Below, in pieces: positions 28,661 through 37,576 of a stretch of 64,000 bases of DNA. A model generated the notes under the pieces. That model saw nothing but the letters and a program-made list of their open reading frames with translations, did no database searches and was not told the origin of the DNA. Within the stretch, counting starts at the first letter, position 1. Each line of letters opens with the position of its first letter. Made by a program: the position numbers and the translations under genes. This stretch comes from Bacillota bacterium (GTDB lineage Bacteria; Bacillota; Clostridia; Saccharofermentanales; DTU023). The stretch is from assembly GCA_023389255.1 (NCBI GenBank), contig JAEWER010000028.1:20282-84281 (forward strand), in the 5' to 3' direction.

Positions 28661-30454
28661 ATGAACGATTCAGATAACAAAAAAATATTCGATACAACTA
28701 GTAATGATTTTGATTTGAAAGTAAGCGATTTAAAACCTAACACGCAACCTTCAAGCATAGATACTAGTGCTTATATTGCTGAGAGAATTGCCCATATCAA
28801 AGCGCAGGAAAAAGAAGCAAAACCTGTAACGGCTAGAGATGCAGTGGAACATAAAAAAAGCGCAGAAATAAAAGCTGAACACAAACCACAAATTAGTGTA
28901 GTACGTGTCAGCTTGCAAAATACTACCAGCGAAGAGCAACTAACTACGCTAGGGGTACAGAGCGAAGCTGGGGAAACAGGTGCTGTATTGACTGTTAAAG
29001 AGATAGGCAGTGAAGATAGCTCTAAGCAGCAAAATGAAATTCAAAGCAAGGTAGAAAATAGAAATACAGATGCTAACGCTGTTCAAAACCAAAAAGATAA
29101 AGAACAAGAGCAAGAACAAGTAAAAGAAAAAAATAAGACTAAGAAAGCTCGTCTAGAGGCTAAAGCTCAAGCCAAAGCGTTGCAGGCAGAAAAAGAAAAA
29201 CTTAAATTGCAGAGAGCTTTACAGAAAAGAGAAGAGGCCATCGAACGTTATAATCAGCGGATGGACGATTTAGAGAAGAACGGCAAAGGTTTTGGTGCTT
29301 TTGTGTTGCTCAATCATTCCAGTATTCCAGTTTTAGTGTTTTGTTTAGTATTGTTCTTCGGTTTTTTTGCAAATATTTTTCACGCGAGTAATGAATATTC
29401 GATTTTGGAGAAAAGACCGCTACAACAATTTCCCTCCATATCTTTGCATAGCCTAAAATCAGGTCAGTTTATGCGTGAGTTTAATGATTTCGCTAATGAT
29501 CAATTTGTCAATCGACAATGGTTCTTAGGCATCAATACAGCCATGCTTAAAGCTGAGCAAAGACATGATAACCAGCATGTTTATTTTGCTAAGGATAATT
29601 ATTTTATTAAGAAGAATAATCCATTTGATATGACACAAGCCAGAAAAAATATTCGTCGCTTGAGCAATATCAAGACAGCTAGCTTAAGTTCAGAAAGTAC
29701 ACCGAGAAATTTTTATTTTATGCTTGCTCCTACAGCAAGTGAAATTCTTAGTGCCTATCTACCGGCAAAGTACCCGGCGGTTAATCAGGCTAGCTTTATT
29801 AATGAAGTCACAGAAGCCATGGGCAATTTTGCAGTGATCAACTGTTATGGCTTATTAAAAGAAGTAGGTGCGCCCGCTTATTTCCGTAATGATCATCACT
29901 GGACTACTCTTGGAGCTTTTCAAGCAGCCAAGGCTTTCCTTCAGGCTAAGGGACACACTGTGCCTAACGAAAATGAATTTGATAAAACTAAAGTTGCAAC
30001 AAATTTTCTAGGTACAACCTATGCACAGACAGGTAGTTTCAGCTACCAACCAGATATTGTAGAAATTTGGGAATATCATGGCGATCATATCAACAATAAT
30101 GTTCGTGTCTATGATGGGAGCAATAAATTAGTACAAGTTGGTTTATATAATCGAGAATGGCTCTTTAGCAATGATTCTTACTCAGTATATTTAGGTGGCC
30201 GTCAGAACGATCTCATTATTGATACAGGTATAGAAAATGGAAAGCAGTTAGCTATTTTCAAGGATTCATATGCCAACTCGATGTTGCCATTTTTAACCTC
30301 ATATTATGAAAAAATTTATCTGATCGATCCGCGTGGCAGTAAATATAGCATGCGTTCGTTAATTGCTGAATACCCATCTATCAACGATGTGCTGATACTG
30401 TACAACGTTGATTCATTCTTAACAGATACCAGCATTTATAAAATTGCCAAGTAG
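28661..30454 (+). CDS. DHHW-family protein (AlgJ/AlgX-like) with a long charged N-terminal cytoplasmic region
   Basis: Literal DHHW motif (FRNDHHWTTLGAF). Single TM helix near aa 215-240, preceded by about 210 Lys/Glu/Gln-rich residues. Confidence 0.8.
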   Translation: MNDSDNKKIFDTTSNDFDLKVSDLKPNTQPSSIDTSAYIAERIAHIKAQEKEAKPVTARDAVEHKKSAEIKAEHKPQISVVRVSLQNTTSEEQLTTLGVQSEAGETGAVLTVKEIGSEDSSKQQNEIQSKVENRNTDANAVQNQKDKEQEQEQVKEKNKTKKARLEAKAQAKALQAEKEKLKLQRALQKREEAIERYNQRMDDLEKNGKGFGAFVLLNHSSIPVLVFCLVLFFGFFANIFHASNEYSILEKRPLQQFPSISLHSLKSGQFMREFNDFANDQFVNRQWFLGINTAMLKAEQRHDNQHVYFAKDNYFIKKNNPFDMTQARKNIRRLSNIKTASLSSESTPRNFYFMLAPTASEILSAYLPAKYPAVNQASFINEVTEAMGNFAVINCYGLLKEVGAPAYFRNDHHWTTLGAFQAAKAFLQAKGHTVPNENEFDKTKVATNFLGTTYAQTGSFSYQPDIVEIWEYHGDHINNNVRVYDGSNKLVQVGLYNREWLFSNDSYSVYLGGRQNDLIIDTGIENGKQLAIFKDSYANSMLPFLTSYYEKIYLIDPRGSKYSMRSLIAEYPSINDVLILYNVDSFLTDTSIYKIAK

Positions 30455-30465
30455 AGGAGCGACAA

Positions 30466-31899
30466 TTGGAACAGAATTTAAGTAAATTTGTTTTCCCGAG
30501 GCGAGAGCTATGGACATATAGTTTGAGCATAGCGCTACAAAATTTACTAATTCTAATTGTTAGCCTACTGGATAATATAATGCTCGGTAGCTATGCGGAA
30601 GAAGCTTTGGCTGGAGCGACTTTAGCTAATCAAGTACAGTTTATTGTACAGATGACAGTGGCCGGTTTGTGCGAGGGTTTGGTCATCATGCTAGCACAAG
30701 CCATGGGTGGCAAACGTCAGCGTGAGTATAGCTGGTTATATCGTATAGCAATGCTGTCTTCGATCATTTTAAGCGCTTTATTTTTCTTCATTATGATGTT
30801 CTATCCGCAGATGATTTTTCAGCTACTATCCACGGATAAGCAAGTTCTAAATCAAGCATTACTCTATACACAATACATACGCTTTACCTATCCAGCGTTC
30901 ATTTTCACTCAGGTATTGCTAGCACTGATGCGTTGCTTTGGCATTGTCAATATTGCTTATCTTTCTGCGTTCATTTCACTGTTGCTCAACGGTGCATTAA
31001 ACTATATGTTTATTTTTGGCAGATGGGGTGCGCCTAGATTAGGTATAGTTGGTGCAGCCAGCGCCACTTTAGTAGCCCGCTATGCAGCCTTGCTACTGGT
31101 TCTGGTAACTTTTATCTGGGGTAGAAGAAAACAGGTAATCAGTTTAAGTTGGCATCTTGATGCTAGTAGAAGCGATGAACTAGAGTTGGTACAAGCGACA
31201 AGGAACACCTTGGCTGGCAGAAAGTATTTTTATAAATTTTTACTGGTAACAACTCCCAATTTTATAGCTCAATTTTTGTGGGGATTATCCACTTTTTTGC
31301 AGCTAGCGGTGCTCGGTGGCTACGGCAAAACTGTGATTGTGGGCAATTCAGTTGCCGTAAATTACAGTCAAATCATTACTGTGGTTATCTATGGCTTAGC
31401 TAGTGGTGCGCAGGTAATTGTAGGTAAAGTAATAGGTGAAGGAAATGTAGTAAAACTTGTAGATTATGCAGGGAAATTACAACGACGTTATCTAGTAGTG
31501 GCTGTGATCAGTGCGTTGTTATTGTTACTATCTCATCTTACCGTTCCCTGGTTTTATCATTCGTTATCGCTTGAGGCTTTGCGGAGATGTAAAGAGTTTC
31601 TCTTCGTTCAAGCACTGTGTTGTTTAGGACAGGGATACCAAGTACCTACAGATTTCAGTTTAGTGAGAGCGACGGGTAACACAATGTTCCCACTCAAATT
31701 AAACTTTGTTACAGGTTGGATTATAGGTTTGCCTATAGCTTTTTACCTCAGTTCTCTTGGAGTTTCTCCAGTATGGGTGTTTTTGGTGATCAGATCAGAT
31801 CAACTGATCAAAGCACCTATCATCTACGCCAAAGTTAAACATTATTTATCTCAAGTTCAAAGAGATCCTAGTAAATTATCGGCCATCAGGCAGACATAG
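30466..31899 (+). CDS. MATE-family efflux transporter
   Basis: About 12 TM helices, 477 aa, MATE-like N-terminus (..LSIALQNLL..L.D..MLG). TTG start with GAGGAG RBS. Confidence 0.8.
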   Translation: MEQNLSKFVFPRRELWTYSLSIALQNLLILIVSLLDNIMLGSYAEEALAGATLANQVQFIVQMTVAGLCEGLVIMLAQAMGGKRQREYSWLYRIAMLSSIILSALFFFIMMFYPQMIFQLLSTDKQVLNQALLYTQYIRFTYPAFIFTQVLLALMRCFGIVNIAYLSAFISLLLNGALNYMFIFGRWGAPRLGIVGAASATLVARYAALLLVLVTFIWGRRKQVISLSWHLDASRSDELELVQATRNTLAGRKYFYKFLLVTTPNFIAQFLWGLSTFLQLAVLGGYGKTVIVGNSVAVNYSQIITVVIYGLASGAQVIVGKVIGEGNVVKLVDYAGKLQRRYLVVAVISALLLLLSHLTVPWFYHSLSLEALRRCKEFLFVQALCCLGQGYQVPTDFSLVRATGNTMFPLKLNFVTGWIIGLPIAFYLSSLGVSPVWVFLVIRSDQLIKAPIIYAKVKHYLSQVQRDPSKLSAIRQT

Positions 31900-31907
31900 G
31901 AGGAAGT

Positions 31908-32321
31908 ATGCACGTACTGTTGATTGGTTGCGGTAGATCTGGTAGGCAACTAGCCAAGCAATTGGTTGAGCAAGGAATTGATGTTGTCGCCCTTGATCGA
32001 AATAAACAAAATTTAGATAAGATGATCGATGTTTCAGTTGAATTAGTAGAGGGTTATCCCATAGATCTAGATGTGTTAGATGATGCAGGTATCCGCCAGG
32101 CTAGCGCAGTTATAGCTTTAGACGATAATGAGAATACCAATATTATGGTATGTGAAATAGCTAAGACTGTTTTTGGCGTTAAGCGTTGTTTAGCACGTAT
32201 ATATTCACCAGATAATATTGAATTTGTGCAAAAGCTAGGAATTGATACCATATGCTCTACTCAACTTACAGTGGATCATACCCTTAACTTTTTAGCATCG
32301 AATTCAATTTTAGGGAGCTAA
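31908..32321 (+). CDS. trkA: TrkA-N (RCK N-terminal, NAD-binding) domain protein
   Basis: Rossmann motif LLIGCGRSGRQLA. 137 aa with no TrkA-C domain. Confidence 0.8.
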   Translation: MHVLLIGCGRSGRQLAKQLVEQGIDVVALDRNKQNLDKMIDVSVELVEGYPIDLDVLDDAGIRQASAVIALDDNENTNIMVCEIAKTVFGVKRCLARIYSPDNIEFVQKLGIDTICSTQLTVDHTLNFLASNSILGS

Positions 32322-32324
32322 CAG

Positions 32325-33044
32325 ATGAAGGTAATGATTGTAGGTGGCGGTAAATCAGCATCTAATCTGATTAAATTGATGCAATTACATGAAGTTGATG
32401 AATTGCAGATCAGCTTAATTGATACTGATATGGAGAGCTGTCAAGAAATTGCGGACACTTTCGAGATTGAAGTTTACTTAGGTGATGGTTGCAATAGAGC
32501 AGTACTCGAACATGCAGGTATTAGACAAGCAGAAATTTTCCTAGCCTTAACAGGTCAAGATGAAAAGAATTTAGTCGCTTGTCAATTAGCTAAAAATGAA
32601 TTTGGTATCAGCAATCCGATTTGCCGTGTAAACGAGCCCAAAAATATTCCGGTAATAAAAAAGTTAGGTATCTCCAATACATTTTCTAGCACGATGCTAC
32701 TCGCTAAAGTGTTGAATCAGGAAGTTGAACACAGTGGTATCAACATAGTGCACTCTGTGGCTGGCACCAATAAAGCTATCATTGAATTGGTGTTAAGAGC
32801 CGATGCAGATGTTGTAGGTAAAACATTGAAAGAGATTGATTTGCCAGGAGAATCACGTGTGGTTTTGGTTACCCACCGTCCACAAAATCAGATTGAAATC
32901 CCTACGGGTGATACAGTTCTACAGGCATATGATCGTTTGATGTTGATCGCTGATAGAAAGCGCTTTGATATCCTGCGTACACAATTAGCAGTTCAAGGTG
33001 TAGCCTTAGTAGAGAATGAGGAAGAAGAGGAGTTGCAGATCTAA
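32325..33044 (+). CDS. trkA: TrkA-family potassium uptake protein (TrkA-N + TrkA-C)
   Basis: MIVGGGKSASNL Rossmann motif plus a C-terminal RCK-C domain (..GKTLKEIDLPGESRVVLV..). Confidence 0.8.
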   Translation: MKVMIVGGGKSASNLIKLMQLHEVDELQISLIDTDMESCQEIADTFEIEVYLGDGCNRAVLEHAGIRQAEIFLALTGQDEKNLVACQLAKNEFGISNPICRVNEPKNIPVIKKLGISNTFSSTMLLAKVLNQEVEHSGINIVHSVAGTNKAIIELVLRADADVVGKTLKEIDLPGESRVVLVTHRPQNQIEIPTGDTVLQAYDRLMLIADRKRFDILRTQLAVQGVALVENEEEEELQI

Positions 33045-34652
33045 ATGGCTGAACTCAAGCGGATATACCCCAAGCAAGAGAAAGAAAGTAAAAGCAAACA
33101 AGGAACAACAACTTCAGCTCCAACGAATGTAGCAGTTGTGAAGACTGCTTTAAATCCACAAGTTAAAAAGCATGCTGTTCAGGCAGAAATAGCGTCAATG
33201 GAAAAGCCTATCAGTGCTAAAAAAAGTAGGTTTAAGCGCTTTAAACATAAAAAAGCGCAATTTGTTTCGCAAAGCAGACGCTATTGGTCTTTGAACAATC
33301 CCTCACGGCTGATTACAACGAGCTTTTTACTTACTATTCTGCTTGGTTCCATCTTGCTAAAGTTACCAATTGCTAGTGCAAATGGTATATCTCTGCCATA
33401 TTTAACTTGCTTGTTTACAGCCACATCAGCTACCTGTGTAACTGGCTTAGTATTGGTAGATACTATGCTGAGTTGGAGTCTGTTCGGCAAAGTTGTAATT
33501 CTTGCCATGATTCAAATTGGTGGTTTATCGCTTTTAACAATTTTAGCAGCTCTTGGTATCGGTATCAGCCGACAAGTTAATCTAACGCTATCGCGAGCAT
33601 TGCGCAATACAACTGCAGGTTTAGACTATTCAGAATCATTTAAGCTCGTTAAACAAATTATTTTATTAACCTTGAGTTGCGAGGGTATAGGTGCCTTATT
33701 TTTCACCTGGCGTTTTGCTTACTACATGCCTCTACCGGTGGCTTTTGGTAAAGCAATCTTTCATTCAGTATCGGCATTTTGTAATGCAGGGTTTGATTTG
33801 ATGGGAGATTTGACTGGACCACTTAGCTCTTTAACTCATTTTAATAATGATTTATGGATAATTATCGGCACAGCTGTACTGATTATTAGTGGTGGTCTAG
33901 GCTTTGTTGTTTGGGTTGATTTATTGCATTTTCCCAAGCACCGCATCTTAAGGTTTCACAGTCGCTTAGTCCTAAAAATGACACTGATTCTAATAGTCTT
34001 TGGTAGTATCGCTTTTTGGCTGCTGGAGAGTCAGAATAATGTTGCCGGAGGTTTGTTAGGCTTATCTGCAGGAGAGAGACCAGTTGCAGCCTTTTTTCAG
34101 TCTGTCACCTTGCGTACCGCTGGATTTAATAGCATTGATCAAGCAAGTCTAACCGATGGAAGCAAAGCCTTAGGTATCTTCTTGATGCTTGTAGGAGCTG
34201 GACCAGCATCGACTGCTGGAGGTATTAAAGTAACTACTCTTGCTATCATATTGGCTGCTGTGAGAGCGGATTTTTTTTGTAAAGGTGGCGAGGTGAGATT
34301 GATTAAGTATCGTATTAGTTCTGAGCTAATCAGACGAGCTTTGAGTATTACCATGCTCGGTATGTCACTCACCTGGGCTCTAGCGATGTTGATGGCAATT
34401 ACTTTGCCCCATAATGCTCAGACAGCTAACATTCATTTTATTGATATGCTCTATGAGGCAGCTTCAGCTTTTGGCACAGTTGGTGTCTCTAGCGCAACTA
34501 CCAGTAGTTTCAGTCATATAGCTCATATAGGCATAATCATTACCATTTTCATTGGTAGAGTTGGACCAGCCTCAATGTTGCTTAGCTTTGTTAGTAGAAA
34601 GCACGAACCAGCAACGCATGTCTACCCAGAGGGTAAAACCTACGTTGGCTAG
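33045..34652 (+). CDS. trkH: TrkH/KtrB-family potassium transporter with a basic N-terminal extension
   Basis: Repeated MPM pore modules (TATCVTG, CNAGF, RTAGF, TVGVS selectivity-filter-like glycines). About 85 aa Lys-rich leader. Confidence 0.9.
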   Translation: MAELKRIYPKQEKESKSKQGTTTSAPTNVAVVKTALNPQVKKHAVQAEIASMEKPISAKKSRFKRFKHKKAQFVSQSRRYWSLNNPSRLITTSFLLTILLGSILLKLPIASANGISLPYLTCLFTATSATCVTGLVLVDTMLSWSLFGKVVILAMIQIGGLSLLTILAALGIGISRQVNLTLSRALRNTTAGLDYSESFKLVKQIILLTLSCEGIGALFFTWRFAYYMPLPVAFGKAIFHSVSAFCNAGFDLMGDLTGPLSSLTHFNNDLWIIIGTAVLIISGGLGFVVWVDLLHFPKHRILRFHSRLVLKMTLILIVFGSIAFWLLESQNNVAGGLLGLSAGERPVAAFFQSVTLRTAGFNSIDQASLTDGSKALGIFLMLVGAGPASTAGGIKVTTLAIILAAVRADFFCKGGEVRLIKYRISSELIRRALSITMLGMSLTWALAMLMAITLPHNAQTANIHFIDMLYEAASAFGTVGVSSATTSSFSHIAHIGIIITIFIGRVGPASMLLSFVSRKHEPATHVYPEGKTYVG

Positions 34653-34718
34653 AGCTTGGTTCTTGTGATTCTGCTTTGTAGCTACGGTGAAAACTGACTC
34701 AGAGAAAGCGGAACTCCC

Positions 34719-34732
34719 TGCAAGCGTTTGCA
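34719..34732. promoter_or_regulatory. LacI-family/cre-like operator TGCAAGCGTTTGCA
   Basis: Near-perfect 14-bp palindrome matching TGNAANCGNWNNCA, in the 380-nt non-coding leader of the inositol locus. Confidence 0.5.
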
Positions 34733-34896
34733 ACATATTTGCCTTTTTATCCTCTGAAAAGTATGTTCTTTTATTTCCTATAACTGGTATATTAGGAATG
34801 CTTATAGTGTCCTAGTAGCGGTAATTTATAAGTTTGACACACAATCCCTTGTGCAATTTACACAAAAATAGATGGGCTATTCTAGTCATATGTTCA

Positions 34897-34925
34897 TTGT
34901 TTGCTACACATTATCTATCTATAAT
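34897..34925 (+). promoter_or_regulatory. Putative sigma-A promoter of the inositol transporter/iolDG unit (TTGTTT-N17-TATAAT)
   Basis: Consensus -10 TATAAT at 34920-34925 and -35 TTGTTT at 34897-34902. Operator-like sites lie immediately downstream. Confidence 0.45.
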
Positions 34926-34963
34926 TGCAACAGGTTGCAAGCGTATTAGCTCATACAAGCAAT

Positions 34964-34977
34964 TGCAAACGCTTGAA
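34964..34977. promoter_or_regulatory. Second operator-like half-palindrome TGCAAACGCTTGAA
   Basis: Shares the TGCAAxCGxTTGxA pattern with 34719-34732 and 40520-40533. Located between the predicted -10 and the RBS of the ABC ATPase gene. Confidence 0.45.
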
Positions 34978-35033
34978 ACGCGTAGAGTAAAGACTGATTA
35001 TCCATTAAGGATATCGGGGAAGAGGAGTTAGCG

Positions 35034-36530
35034 ATGAGTGAATATGTTGTCGAATTGCGAAACATCACTAAGCGTTTCCCCGGTGTGTTAGCGCTCAAGG
35101 ATATGCACATTGCCATTAAGCCAGGTACTATACATGGTTTAATCGGTGAAAATGGTGCGGGTAAATCTACCTTGATTAAAACACTGACCGGCGTGCACAA
35201 GCCAGATACAGGCGAAATAATCGTCAATGGTGAAGTACACAAATTTAAGGACCCCAATGACTCAGCCAAAGCAGGTATTGCCTGTGTGTATCAGGAGCTG
35301 AACATTGAAAAACTACTCAGTATTACCGATAACATTTTTATTAACAAGTGGTTGCGAAAAGGTCCATTGCTTGATTACAAGACCATGCATGAAAAAGCAG
35401 CTGAGGTGATGAAAGATCTAGGTCAGACTGTTGATACGCATAAGGCTGCTGGTACTTTCGGCATGGGTGTCCAACAGATGATCGAAATTGCCAAGGCAAC
35501 CATGATCGATGCCAAGTTGATTATTATGGACGAGCCTACCTCATCTTTAGGAGAAAAAGAGGTAGAACAGTTGATGGCAACTTGTCGTTATCTCAAGAGT
35601 AAGGGTATTGCTATTCTCTTTGTTTCTCACAAACTGGAAGAGTTGTTTGAATTGTGCGATTTGGTCACAGTTATGCGTGATGGTGAACATATCATCACAG
35701 AAGACATCGAAAATATGGATCACGACAAGCTGATCACAGCCATGGTTGGTCGTTCTTTAGAAAATCAATTCCCTAAAGAGTTTGGCACCAGAGGCGAAGT
35801 TGCCTTAGAAGCCAAAGATTTAACTATTGGTGGTGTATTAGACAAGGTCAGCTTTAAAGCCTATAAGGGCGAAATCCTAGGTTTTGCTGGTTTGGTTGGC
35901 GCAGGTCGTACAGAAACGATGCGTGCTATCTTCGGTGCCGATCATCTAGATAGTGGTGAAGTTTATATTCACGGCGAAAAGGTTAGCATTAAAAACCCGG
36001 GTCATGCGGTCAAAAAAGGTATCGCTTTCTTAACGGAAGACCGCAAAGGACAGGGATTGGTTTTACAACAAAGTATTAGGACCAATCTGATCTTAGCTAA
36101 TCTCAAAGGTTTTTCTAACGGACCATTCTTAAACGAGAAGCGGATTGAACAATCTGGTGAGGATAATGTTGCCTCCCTACGTATTAAAACCCCATCGCTT
36201 GACGAGATTGTAGGACAACTTTCTGGTGGCAACCAACAAAAAGTTGTTATCGGTAAGTGGGTTAATACGGATGCACGTATCTTCATTTTTGATGAACCTA
36301 CACGTGGTATTGATGTAGGCGCCAAAATCGAAGTGTACAACGTTATGAACAGCCTGGTTAAAGCTGGACATTGCGTAATTATGATCTCCTCTGAGATGCC
36401 TGAAATCTTAGGTATGAGCGATCGTGTTGTGGTTATGCGTAAAGGTCGCGTCATGGCTACGATCAATCGTGGAGATAAAGAATTTAACCAAGAAGATATT
36501 ATGAGCGCTGCCTGGGGAGGTAAAAAATAA
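35034..36530 (+). CDS. Sugar/inositol ABC transporter ATP-binding protein (CUT2, duplicated ATPase)
   Basis: Two ABC cassettes: Walker A GENGAGKST, and LSGGNQQKV in the second half. RbsA/MglA-like, 498 aa. Confidence 0.9.
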   Translation: MSEYVVELRNITKRFPGVLALKDMHIAIKPGTIHGLIGENGAGKSTLIKTLTGVHKPDTGEIIVNGEVHKFKDPNDSAKAGIACVYQELNIEKLLSITDNIFINKWLRKGPLLDYKTMHEKAAEVMKDLGQTVDTHKAAGTFGMGVQQMIEIAKATMIDAKLIIMDEPTSSLGEKEVEQLMATCRYLKSKGIAILFVSHKLEELFELCDLVTVMRDGEHIITEDIENMDHDKLITAMVGRSLENQFPKEFGTRGEVALEAKDLTIGGVLDKVSFKAYKGEILGFAGLVGAGRTETMRAIFGADHLDSGEVYIHGEKVSIKNPGHAVKKGIAFLTEDRKGQGLVLQQSIRTNLILANLKGFSNGPFLNEKRIEQSGEDNVASLRIKTPSLDEIVGQLSGGNQQKVVIGKWVNTDARIFIFDEPTRGIDVGAKIEVYNVMNSLVKAGHCVIMISSEMPEILGMSDRVVVMRKGRVMATINRGDKEFNQEDIMSAAWGGKK

Positions 36531-37549
36531 TGTTAAAGCAAAATAAATTCTCCAAAATTTTATCGGAGTTGGGAACTCTGCTCGCCCTGATAATTCTCTG
36601 TGTGATTTTAACTATCGCTACTCCTAACTTTCTCAAAGTTGATAACTTGATGAACATCTTAAAGCAGACATCAGTTAATGCTTTGATTTCAGCTGGTATG
36701 TTAGTTTGCTTGATTACTGGTGGTATCGACTTATCAGTAGGTGCTAACGCCATTACTTGTACATGTTTAATGGGTTTGATGTTAACTAAAGGTATTGATA
36801 ATGCAGTAATCATGATTATCGCTGTTCTGGTTTTAGGTACTTTAATTGGTTTCATCAACGGTACCTTGTTAACTCGCTTACATTTACCCCACCCCTTCGT
36901 CTCGACACTGGGTATGAAAAATGTTCTCTCTGGTGTAGCTCTGTTACTGGTCAACTCTAAGATGGTATCAGGCTTCGGTAAAGATATTATGTGGTTGGGT
37001 TCACATTCAGCAGGTAGCTTCACCTATGGTGCTGGCAAACAATTCCCTGGTGTGCCTGTATCGTTCATCTTAGTAATCATTCTCTTCGCCATTATGGGTG
37101 TGTTCTTGAGCAAAACTGCTCTGGGTAGATCAATTTACTGTGTAGGTGGTAACGCTGAAGCAGCTAGACTTTCTGGTATTAATTCCGCTAACGTCTTAAC
37201 TTTCTGCTATGCCTTATCTGGTTTCTTCTGTGCTGTTGCTGGTATCGTTATCGTTGGTCGTACGGGTATCTGTAATGGTGCAAACGCAACTCAGCCCTAC
37301 GAAACTGATGCTATCGCAGCTTGTATCATCGGTGGTGCATCATTCCTAGGTGGTAAAGGAACTATGAGAGGTACCATGATTGGTGCTCTGATTATCTCCG
37401 TTATCAGAAATGGTTTGACCTTGCTTTCCGCCTCATCTGCCATTCAGTTTGTAGTTTTAGGTTTGGTTATCATCTTAGCGGTTCTAATCGATATTACACG
37501 TCAACAATTCGCTGTTAAAGCTCGTCGTCTAGCGATGGCTAGTAAGTAA
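36530..37549 (+). CDS. Sugar/inositol ABC transporter permease (RbsC/BPD_transp_2 family)
   Basis: 10-TM RbsC-like protein (..TGGIDLSVGA.., ..GGNAEAARLSGI..). ATGA-type overlap with the ATPase gene. Confidence 0.9.
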   Translation: MLKQNKFSKILSELGTLLALIILCVILTIATPNFLKVDNLMNILKQTSVNALISAGMLVCLITGGIDLSVGANAITCTCLMGLMLTKGIDNAVIMIIAVLVLGTLIGFINGTLLTRLHLPHPFVSTLGMKNVLSGVALLLVNSKMVSGFGKDIMWLGSHSAGSFTYGAGKQFPGVPVSFILVIILFAIMGVFLSKTALGRSIYCVGGNAEAARLSGINSANVLTFCYALSGFFCAVAGIVIVGRTGICNGANATQPYETDAIAACIIGGASFLGGKGTMRGTMIGALIISVIRNGLTLLSASSAIQFVVLGLVIILAVLIDITRQQFAVKARRLAMASK

Positions 37550-37576
37550 AACAGCTAGTAAGTAGAGGAAATAAAT

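Noticed and set aside
31860-31910. Possible c-di-AMP (ydaO/kimA-type) riboswitch ahead of the trk genes
   Set aside because: The trkA-N gene starts 9 nt after the MATE gene stop, so there is no leader in which a riboswitch could reside.
34719-34732. Calling TGCAAGCGTTTGCA a definite CcpA cre site
   Set aside because: The motif fits both cre and generic LacI/GalR operators, and a cognate LacI regulator is encoded in the locus. From sequence alone the two cannot be separated, so it is kept as a generic operator.
34834-35269. 65-aa + ORF and 107-aa - ORF in or overlapping the inositol-locus leader
   Set aside because: Neither has an RBS. The + ORF spans the predicted promoter and operators. 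The - ORF is antisense to the ABC ATPase Walker A region.
36499-37023. 174-aa minus-strand ORF; also 36002-36466 (154 aa) and 36177-36371
   Set aside because: These are antisense to the well-supported ABC ATPase and permease genes. They are typical shadow ORFs.
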